DNA of 64,000 bases, taken from the NCBI GenBank assembly GCA_026023565.1, contig JAPETS010000011.1:620001-684000 (forward strand), read 5' to 3'. This stretch comes from Cirrosporium novae-zelandiae (taxonomy: Eukaryota). Shown here one piece after another: positions 50,463 to 61,161 of this stretch; positions within the stretch are counted from its first letter, which is position 1; each line of letters begins with the position of its first letter. A model generated the notes under the pieces. It made no database searches. It was not told where the DNA came from and saw only the letters and a list, made by a program, of their open reading frames with translations. The translations under genes and the position numbers were made by a program.

Positions 50463-51211
50463 TCACTTGGGCTCATAAAGGCAGTCTTTAGCACCTCTCC
50501 AAACTTCCTCCAGCAATTTTCGTTTTGGCAAAAGATTCTTGAGTAGGTTAGATATAACTTCTTTCATCATCAGAACCTAATTAGAGGGCATTTAACTTAC
50601 AGGGAAGACAACCACTGTCTCCCTTTCCCCATCGCCAATCAATGCTAGGTAGAACCGGACCTCAAATCCCTTAAATGCTTCATGGATGACAATATCTTGG
50701 ATCAGATTTGTTGGGATAAATTTGGTGTGGGAGGTAGAAAGATATGTCGACGAAGATGTAGAGGTTTGAACACCCAAATCACGCATTACTAGAAGTGATT
50801 CCTCTATTACTGGTATCAGTAACCTAGTATGGAGATTGTCAATCTTGGGCCTTTGCTAATTTTGAGCTCACCTTCATACCCCCTATTAAAGATTGTCCAT
50901 ATTGTCGCAAGTGTGAGCGGAAACAGGAACCGCCAATCTAAACGGCATGCTACCAAGCACACAAGACGTCCTACGTAAGAGTGGAAAAAGATATTTGATT
51001 CAAGAAGATCGACATCTGTAATAGTACAGAGCTTGACCTTTGCGAAGACTACCGAGGCAACGAAGAAGCCAACCACAGCTCTTAAGAGAATCGAAACAGC
51101 AAAGATAATTCGCGCAGAAACAACAGATCTAATAGGAGCATTTGAAATTGTGAAGCTTGCAGTCGTCGGTGAAGGACGATGAACAGTAAGATGAAGCGGA
51201 CTTGAGAACAT
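50463..51211 (-). CDS. gpi15: GPI-GlcNAc transferase complex subunit PIG-H/Gpi15
   Basis: Three exons; two hydrophobic segments. EESLLVMRDLGVQTS...FIPTNLIQDIVIHEAFKGFEVRFYLAL...VVVFP joins NLLPKRKLLEEVWRGAKDCLYEPK*. Confidence 0.9.
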
Positions 51212-51434
51212 GTTGTACTGAAGTTTGGATTTCGATTGGCCCCTCTAGGTTGATGCGACAAGGTCGGCTAAAGATTCGGTGACGTTGGCCTTAAACGCTG
51301 CGGAGAGGTCGAGCTGTAGGGCTGAGCTAGAGCTAAAGCTACCGTACCTTATTTCGTCAGAGCTTCCAACGGTACTGTGTGCTTTTACAACAACAATATC
51401 CAACTTTCGTTCACTACAAGTACAGCAAACCAAA

Positions 51435-52253
51435 ATGCCAGACTCACCATCACCAATCCCACTGCGCTCGCCCTCACATTCGCGCCCACGAGAAGAAGAA
51501 GAACCAAGAAAGAAATCTGGAGGCTTCCGATGGAAAGACAAACGGCACGCCGACGATGGCGAACGAACTCGATCACGATCGCGCTCACCTTATTCCCGTA
51601 GACGAGAACGAGAGCGAAGTCGATCGCCAAGGCGGGACCATGACCGCGATGGACCGCATCGAAGTGGAGGGTTTCGATGGAAGGAAAAGCCTCGTTCTGG
51701 GCAGGACGATAGACGGAGATCACCCTCACCGTACTCTCGTCGCCCCCAACGCGAACGAAGTCGATCTCCAAGAAGAAGATACGATAATGAAATGGAAAGA
51801 GATAAGGAAGTTAAAGATACCGGGGACAAAGAAGAGAAAAGAAAGGAGAAAAAGGAGAAGAAAGAGAAAAAGAAAAAGTATAAGATTGCACCAACCTCAG
51901 AGCCCATGATTATTGTCAATGTGAACGATCGGTTAGGTACTAAGGCTGCGATTCCATGCCTTGCTTCAGATCCTATCAGTAAGTCTTTTTTCTTCTCGCA
52001 TTTACATACTATGCACTCCTAATATCTTGACCAGAACTATTCAAAGCGCAGGTCGCAGCCAAGATTGGCCGCCAACCCCATGAGATCATGCTGAAGCGAC
52101 AAGGCGAGAGACCTTTCAAGGATCATTTAACATTAGAGGATTACGGTGTCAGTAATGGGGTGCAACTGGACTTGTAAGTTATTTCCCATTAATTTATAAG
52201 CGCGCAACCAGAAAGCTAACAGCTTGAATAGGGAACTTGATACCGGAGAATGA
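51435..52253 (+). CDS. hub1: Ubiquitin-like protein Hub1/UBL5 with an N-terminal RS-rich and Lys-rich extension
   Basis: Three exons. The UBL domain reads MIIVNVNDRLGTKAAIPCLASDPIKLFKAQVAAKIGRQPHEIMLKRQGERPFKDHLTLEDYGVSNGVQLDLELDTGE*. NDRLG and FKDHLTLEDY are Hub1 signatures. Confidence 0.92.
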
Positions 52254-55200
52254 ATCATATTTACTATGGTATGGTCTGTACGGCATATCAAATACTATTA
52301 GAACCCCTCCGAACATCCTAATATTATGCTCCGCATGCTATCAACTGAAAATGTTACGAGATCACGGAAAAAAGCAAGCCAAGCAGGGCAAACCATAACC
52401 AATAAACGCACAAATAAAAGACAACCATATTTATCCTCCATTCTCCCCTCTCAAGGTAATTGATTGATTACTACCCACCACTACCAGACACACATACCGA
52501 TCATGACTCTGATGATATACGTATACAAATGAAATTCTGTGGTTAGCTATAGGGTTTGCGAAAGGTTGATTGTGGGATGTAAGTGCATATATATATATGT
52601 ATGCATACGTAATCATCGTGCTAATTGTTGGTTTGTTATCTTGTCCTTGCGCTCTGACGTATGTAACATAATATAGAGTCGGTCATCGATAGGTTATTAA
52701 ACTAGGTAGGGATGAAATGAAATTTCATAAGATAGAGGTGACTAGGCTATTTTTATTTATGTGGTGGGCTCGATGATTGATACGTCCTTTGCAATGAGTA
52801 AATATTATATTTACCAGCGAGTAATTTCTACTTTTACTTAGTGTAAGATGGCAGGCCCTTGTTTTTTTAAATTATATTACTCCGGAGTGGTCGTTCTTAG
52901 ATGAGGATTTTTAGGAATCTGATTTCGTTTGGAGACAGAACGTGGCAGGTAGGATAAGATGACATGGGATAGGAGATTAAAGACGTCCGAAGTTCCTCGT
53001 CGTGGGAAAGTATAAGCGAATTGCAGTTAGCAAGACAAGTAGAAGAACATCGATCGACCTTGCAAGACCAGCAAAATCTCCTGAACGGTAAATGATGTTT
53101 GGCACAAGAGAGCAAGGCCAGCACACTTAACCTTGGAGCCAAAAGGACATAAGCATTCGCTAACCGGTAGTGAATGGCTTGCATTTGAGTACGTAGAATG
53201 GTTACGCATAATGGTAGTATCATAGAGAGTGGTATGAAAGCTTGGAGGGGGTCAACATGTAGGGAGTGCTATATATATGAATGCATGCATCCCTGATAGA
53301 GCTAGAAATGCCATTGTCGGACTGACTAGGTACGGGTTCTACCTCTTTCGATAAGGAAGGTCATTGATACCAACTCTCCAAATTTTCTTCTGAAAGCTTT
53401 CGGAATCCACTTTTCATGCTCTTCCTTTTCGGTTGTTATTTGACAGCTCGATCCACAATCCAAAAATCGAAATTGAGAGAAAATCTTGCTGCAAGTAGAA
53501 TGAAACCTTGTCGTTCCACGTATCATCGATCATAATAAATTGCAGCAGGTAAGCTCATTAGCTGTCTTCCGTTGTCGGAGCGTTGGTGTTGATGATGACG
53601 TGTTTATCACCAATAAGGCTCTATGGCCTTATCCAAAGTAACAAAAATTTACCTACTAACAAGATTTTCAACATCTTTCAGGCGTATGAGGAAATCCCCA
53701 ACAGCCAAATTCTAGTCTAGAACAGGGAAGCTCGGCTAAGAAGATATTGGAGACGAGAGGGGCTCTAAAGAGTAAGTTGTTAAGTTATCCTCAACTAATC
53801 TCCTTAGTATAAGGGCAAAATGCGATTATCGGAGGCTCCGAGAATACAGAATCAATTTGTTTCCTGATGAGAACATAGACAATCCTCTTTGCCGGCAGTT
53901 TGCGTTTGAATACGCTCTGCTTTTAGACTCATGGCCCTGGATGGTAGTAACTAATGTGAAATGATATAGAATTCGGGCCCTGGCCACATCTCATCAAGAC
54001 CATCGGAGTAGACTATAGACATGAGCCTGAAAATCCCTGTAAGCTTGTTCATCATTTGGCAGGCCAGCCGGCTGATCAATATTTTCAGATCCTAAAACCC
54101 CAATTCTCTTCTTGCACGATGGGAACATTCACCATTGTGGGGAAAGACATTATGATCAATAGAATTATTTTTTGTTGTTGACCTGACTGAAACTCCTCGG
54201 CGATTTATCAACCTGCTTAATCCAAGGCCGCATGTCAAGATAAAGAGAACGTAGCCGTGTATCATAATTGGGGTGTTTGATCAAAGAGACCATTACCCTG
54301 TTATTACCTTCACATTCAAAAGGACCGGAATAAATCCACCTAAAAAGTGGAATCCTTTTATCATTGTTATGCTGGGGGCCAAAATAGACTACATGGCAAG
54401 GGGGATTGAGGAACCACACAAATGAGGTGGAGATGTGGAGATATGGAACTGCATTCCATGGAGCCGAGAAACATGGATCATGACTTAACAAGCATTTGAG
54501 AGAATCATCATAAAAGATGATGTAGTATTAATGATGAATTGTTCATTAAAGGGAAAACACTCAGGGTAGTTGTTTGGTTAGAAGTGAAATTAAGCTTCTA
54601 GTTTCGGGATGTGGAGAAGTCATTCTCTCGGCACTAAGCCTATTTTTTAACTTTATTGCCACTCCTTTTCCATTATTGACTTGAGGATCTATAAAAAAAT
54701 AACTGGATAATGTAATACTATTAGATAAACCATACAAGGATATTAACATAACGGGAAGGGAATTGCTAGGTGCGGAGTCCAGGAGACTAAGCCCAAGTCT
54801 TAGAGGATGTGTACTATCGATTTTAATTACCCATCATCTCTTACCCCACAAATCCACCCCCGCTTGACTTTCATCGCTAACCGTTAGCATGTCAACATGA
54901 GACGTGAGGGGGATTTTCTCATTGGTACAAGCATGGTTGAAAATTGGTTCATCGACGATAGAGGTATATGTGGCACCGTGATAACAGAGCGGCATAAATG
55001 AAAGGGTGGAGAGTTGTACACCAACAAGTACCACACCCTCCGCAGTAGATGATAGGCAACCCAATCCCATAGCCCAAATGCTTCACGAATACTTCACCAT
55101 GAACTATGCCCTGTTGCCCCTTGATTTATGGTACAGTAGCTTCCCAAACTCCCCATTTTTCTCTTTATTCACCCCCGTTGAGACTTACGTATGAGGCGTC

Positions 55201-55578
55201 TGGGATGTGCTCTCAACAAACTCCACCAAGTTGTCCATCCCAATCAGGATGTTTGTCTACTTGACACATTTTCATTAATATGCCGTCGTTGGTTGCCGAC
55301 CTCCTGCCACTGATAGTGTGAACGTTGACATATCTCAAATGATTTCATACAGAAGGTAGAAATAATCCCAGGACACCTTCGGCCGAACGGTTACTCAACG
55401 TCTTAAAACGGGTCTCTGCATGCCATTTGAAGTCGCATACTCTCTAGGGTGCGTACATCGGTGCTACAAGCGGCCTTAAACCCGAGATAGCTATCTTCCT
55501 TTAATAGAGCATGCCTCTTGTTGTTTTCACCGTGAAATAATTTTGAATTAAACACGTTTACCCAAAAATTTGCCCAGC

Positions 55579-57806
55579 ATGGAGATGAATTATGATGAAA
55601 ATGTAAGACTCTCGAGTTCTTGATATCGGATTGATTCGTGCTCACTGCCGTACTGCAGACGCTCCATGAGATCGAGCAGGAGCTCCACATTCCCATCTAT
55701 CCAGGGACTGAGATAATGTACTTCCAACAAACTAAACTTTATCTTCATCATCTCTGACTATCTAAAGGGCTGATGTTGGCTCGCATCATTTTGTCAAAGC
55801 TTCTGATCATGCACACCATGTCCTTGTGCCACAGCCATCCGATAATCCTAATGATCCTTTGGTCTGTTATAAATTTGCAATCATGGGTGTATCGCTGATT
55901 TTGAGTCTAGAACTGGTCACGAGGGTGGAAGACCTCTGCTATGATTTGTGCTACAGCGGTGTCGTTCGCTCAAGGAATGGGTCCACTTAGCTTGGCACCA
56001 ATGTTTCCAGAATTGATAGAAGCCTTCGATTCAAACCTGACCGATGCTGTCCAATTTACTGGTGTTGCCATCCTTGTTCTTGGCTTTAGCAATTTTATAT
56101 GGTGAGAATCAATTTTTTTGGTATTTCTTTACGAGCACAACTCTATGGTTTCTAATGAGTGGTGATGTGGGACTTGAGACAAAATCCAACATGACACATT
56201 CAGCACTTGTAATTTGATTTTATGTCCTTTACACTTCAAATGTCTCATTTAAAGTTCCTGAAATGATCTAGAATGATATTTTACTTGGATTATGGTTTGA
56301 CATGAGCTTTTGATGTGACTGACTTTGTCTAGGGTTCCGATTGCTACCTCCTTTGGAAGACGCCCTGTATACATCTTTTCTACCATCATCTGTCTCGCAA
56401 GTATGATTTGGCGGGCCCAAGCGAAAACATACGGTAGTTTCATGGGTGCATGTATTCTCAATGGCATAGGATCTGGTCCAGCCGAGGTCAGTCTCCTCGA
56501 ACATAATCTTGACAATTTGCTTATAGCCTTTAGACGGCACAACCAACCGTGATTGCTGATATGATGTTTTTGCATGATCGTGGGGCATATAATACACTAT
56601 ACTTCTGTTTTTATTTTGGGTCTCTCATGGTATGACTAGCAAAAGACTGGTTCCCTCAAAACACCCCAATAACGTGATGTAGGTCGGCCCCATCATCGCT
56701 GGGCCAATGGCATATCACACCAGCTGGCGAGATTTCTGGTGGCTGAATGTCGCACTACATGGTGTAATACTAATCATGGTCATTTTTGGCCTCCCCGAAA
56801 CAAAATGGCATCGCCGCCATCCAGACGAAGTGATAGTGGCCACCACAGTTCCCTCATCCGAAAAGGTTGATGTTGATATGATCGAATCTACGGATCCAGA
56901 GAAGGCGAACCCACCCAATGCCCGTAGTACCATCACACAGGGCCTCGCGGACTTGACCCCTGAAGCCACGGCTCAACGTGATCCTTTCCTCGGGAAAGGG
57001 TATCCTTCAAAAAAACAATTCGCTCTCTTTCAGCCAAATTCCCATCCATTTCGTAGTATCATCATTGATCTCTGGACACCATGGAAACTTTTTGCCTTTC
57101 CTATCATTGAATTTGCAGCTTTTGTGGTATCTTGGTCTGCCGCCTCCTTTTTGACCCTCAACCTTACGCAATCAGAGAACTTTGCTGCACCTCCGTATAA
57201 CTTCTCCAGTCAAACAATTGGATTTTTTAATTTTGCGACATTGATTGGAGCCATTATTGGGTTGGTTACCAATGGCCCGCTATCAGATTGGATATCTATG
57301 AAAGCCACAATGCGCAATAGAGGTATCAGAGAACCGGAGATGCGTTTGCCAACTTTAATTCCATATACTATCATAATGTTGATAGGCAACTTCATTGTGG
57401 CGTTCGGGTATCAATATAAGTGGGACTGGCGGGTATTTTCTTCTTCTTCCCCGCTTATCTGCTCGGACTAATGCTCAGTGCTTCTTAGATCATTGTGATT
57501 CTTGGTTACACTGCCACGGGTATCCAAGTGGCAGCTATCCCGTCCATCGCATCTACCTATGCTGTGGATAGCTACAAACCAGTGGCCGGGTCCATATTTG
57601 TAGCAATTACAGTCAACAAGAACGTGTGGGGTTACGGATTCTCAAAGTTTATCACGCCATGGGTTGAGAAGGACGGATATGTACCGCCGATCATGACAAA
57701 CATGTGTTTGGTATTTTTGTTTTGTGCAACGGGCGTGATATTTTATTATCGATTTGGTAAGTGGTGTAGGAAGGTGACTAAGGATAGTGGGGTACATAAG
57801 ATGTGA
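55579..57806 (+). CDS. MFS transporter, Hol1/DHA1-like, multi-exon
   Basis: ATG at 55579 followed by short exons. IYPGTEIM, VLVPQPSDNPNDPLNWS, VPIATSFGRRPVYI, IADMMFLHDRG, FGLPETKW, RNRGIREPEMRLP, YAVDSYKP. Confidence 0.9.
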
Positions 57807-58487
57807 GGGGGGTGTGGGTCCGTGGGGGTTGTTATAACGGGATTGAAATGAAATCAATTGACATGCGGCTTATTTCAGGGAACTGGGGGATTGGTAGGAT
57901 GAACCATGAACATGTGTACGAACGAATGGAGAAGGAGAGCAGAAAGCGAAGGTGTTGTACAGTAAGTAGTAGATTCGGTAGTGCTTACACAATAATTACT
58001 ATGTTTTGACGTTGGACTGGTTAGGTAATTTCATAAGGCAGGGTGTATATTACACAAACACGACACACGTGACGCTTAACACACCCAAAAGCAAAGAAAC
58101 CTCGGCAACTGACTGCTCAACTCCCTCTAATACACAGTAAGCGACTCCCCACTTTATCGATAAGGCTGGTAAGTTACGGAAAATGCCGCTCGTGTTTCAG
58201 TGTTTTCGCTGACATTGAAATTTTGTCAATCAGTCTTTCATGGCTTGGACGTTCCTGGCCTTAGCAAAGCCAGAGTTTTGGAGATTCTGCCTTTTGCGAA
58301 ACTTCTGTTCCCCATGCAGCGATTTTCTATCCGCCGACTTGCTCATGAAGATCCCTTAAACCATTTTGCCCGCGCATAGCACAACTTTGACTCACCTCTC
58401 ATCTTTTCCCGACATCTGCACCTGGTCCTTTAAAATCACGAAAATTTCCTTCGCTATTCTTGATATCGAGAATTCTAACTTACCAAT

Positions 58488-59940
58488 ATGGTCCGCAATA
58501 TCGTTGTTTTGGGAGGCAGTTCTCATCCTCAATTAAATGAGACTATCTGTAATCATCTTGGTATCGCCCCCGCCGATGTCTTCCTTGGAAAGTTCTCCGT
58601 TGGCGAAACTCGCGTTGAAATCAAAGAATCTGTTCGGGGAAAAGATGTCTACATATTACAAACTGGCAGTGGAAAGGTTAATGATATCTTAATGGAGCTG
58701 TTTATCACAATCTCAGCCTGCAAAACTGCCTCAGCCCAGAAGGTCACGGTGATCCTACCTCTGTTTCCATATTCAAGGCAAAGTGACATTCCATACAATA
58801 AAACCGGCGCACCTTTGGTGAAATCCTCAAATCGGTACAATAGACCAGGTTTCGCCAATGATTATACCTTTAACAGCAGGCCACAGACCCCGCATCCTAA
58901 CATGAGCGAGAGCGCCGGCCTTACCAATGGTACAGACATGTTGGTCAAGCAGCTGGCAAAGACCCAAATCGATGACCCTAACAGCCAGGTCAAAACAAAC
59001 GGGATCAACGGTGTTCCAAAACGCAAAGATACATTAGATTCAATCACATCCGATTCAAGTACTGTTCGGAGACGAAACATGTCTGCTTCTTCGGGTACAA
59101 CAACAGCTCCTCAGGACGATACAGTCAGTATAACTTCTGGCTCTTCAAGAGCCCCAACCTTTCAACCACGTCCGGGCTATAAACAATGGGTCGCTCAAGC
59201 TGGAACGCTTATAGCCGACCTTCTTACCTGCGCCGGTGCAGACCATGTTATTACGATGGATTTACACGATCCCCAATACCAAGGGTTTTTTGATATTCCC
59301 GTCGATAACCTTTACGCAAGACCCTTACTCGAGAATTACATCATGCGCAAAATTCCAGACTTCAGAGAAGCCGTCATTGTGAGTCCAGATGCTGGAGGTG
59401 CAAAAAGGGCCACTGCGATTGCGGAACGCTTAGGCATGCGATTTGCATTGATCCACAAGGTGAATCTCACTTAAGCACATACGTTGGCAATCCTAACAAT
59501 CAAACTCAAGGAACGTCGACCTACACGTATCACCGATCGACAAAACGCCACCATGATATTTGTTGGAAACGTAGCTGGCCGTAGTGCCATCCTGCTCGAT
59601 GACCTTGCTGATACCTCAAATACCATAACAAGAGCAGCGAAGCTGTTGAAAAAGGAGGGCGCAGAAAAGGTATATGCCCTGATTACACACGGGGTTCTTA
59701 GTGGAGATGCGATCGAGCGTATAAATGCTAGCGCTCTTGACAAGGTTGTGGTCACGAATACTGTTCCCCAGGCCGAACACAAGAGACTTTGTCCTAAACT
59801 CGAAGCTCTAGAAGTTGGCCACGTCTTTGCAGAGGTACGGTCAAAACTTGCTCCTAGAAATGGATAATATTAACCTTCTCTAGGCAATCCGACGAGTTCA
59901 TCACGGTGAAAGCCTCAGCGCCCTCTTCCAATACGACTAA
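58488..59940 (+). CDS. prs5: Ribose-phosphate pyrophosphokinase (PRPP synthetase), Prs5-like with a long non-homologous insertion
   Basis: [29 protein letters not shown] followed by a >100-aa S/T/N-rich insert, [49 protein letters not shown]. Last exon [18 protein letters not shown] ends at 59940. The paralogue call rests on insert position only. Confidence 0.88.
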
Positions 59941-61161
59941 TTCTTGACACATCTATCCATATCACCCCTCGTATCAAAATCCTGTGCATCGTATACATTC
60001 GGGAGAAAAGTTTTCTTGGATAATCGGAGTTTTTGATCATCATGTTGCTTCTACCAAGTGCTGGGCGGGGCTTACTCGGGTCGGCCATTCGAATTGTTAA
60101 GAAAAGACTATTCGCTCGGTTTTGGAGGGACCGGGTATATATATGTACAACGCTCAAATTAACATTACTGGATTAAACCATGCAAATGCATATAATGTTT
60201 GCATTAACTTTCCAACAGCTTAGAATTTACTGATATCAAGTTAGAATATGACATCTGGTCCAGACAGCCCACTGATCCGAGATGTATAACGATATGGGAC
60301 AGGGTGACATTCTTATTGAATAGCTGATAGCCATAACTACCAGGGATACCGACGGTTACAGACACATGCATGGTGACATGAGGAATAGGATGAGGTGTCT
60401 GAATTTTTTTTCAATTGCATCGTACCCTTCATCTCTGTAGGAAGTGACATGGCCCAGGTCACCATAGTCGTTGCAACGATGAGCTGTCGATATGAGAAGG
60501 GCAAGACGCCAGGGTTTAAATTTGAATTTGAGTAAGGGAGGTAGGGGCATGAGCTGACTGGGCTGCTGGGATGGAAGGATTCCTGAATTGCTTGATTGCT
60601 GATATAGACTTTATTTAATTCATTTCACTGTTCGCCTCAATGCAATTCGTGGTCTTTCAATAGATTCTGTCGAATCTTTTTTCATAACGAAATTAAAAAG
60701 CTATGACGTTTCGTGGTGTTGCACCAAAAGCGTGGCACGGCACGGTAATCCCAGTAGCCGCTTTAGATTACCCAGACACGACATATCATTCATTGTCTGA
60801 GGTCCAAAAACACCAACCACTAGTAGTTGGCAGTGAGATAACATCCACGGTCAAAAGAGACAAGCAGAACAAGTGCACCCTTTCTAGGATAAGAGGCAAT
60901 GGCAAGAAATCCCTGTCTTGAAATATTTACGCAGCGACTTAATAGATCTTCACTTGCTTGCTCAGCAGCTTGTATAACCCCGCTTTATTTCAAGCATACA
61001 CATTACAAACAAATCAATGTCTCTCGTGAAGCCGCACCAGTCAGATAAAGGGAAAATGGGCCTATAGGCAACCCGCCAAGTTATCAGATTTCACACCACT
61101 ATAATATAACATGTGTTGTCGACCATCTGTTAGCTAACGAGAAAATTAAGTCAAATCAAAG

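Noticed and set aside
51279..51434. GTG-initiated N-terminal extension of the Hub1 ORF in the track
   Set aside because: It lies in the ~220-bp GPI15/HUB1 divergent promoter; ATG 51435 in CAAAATG context is the better start.
52600..53223. Possible HET-domain relic on the minus strand (…VLSPNEIRFLKIL…)
   Set aside because: Only one short motif resembles a HET N-terminus; the downstream ALSY and WIDAICI motifs were not recoverable.
58388..58394. TGACTCA (Gcn4/CpcA-type site) upstream of the PRPP synthetase gene
   Set aside because: A single 7-mer is expected by chance several times in 64 kb, and it may lie in the 5'UTR.
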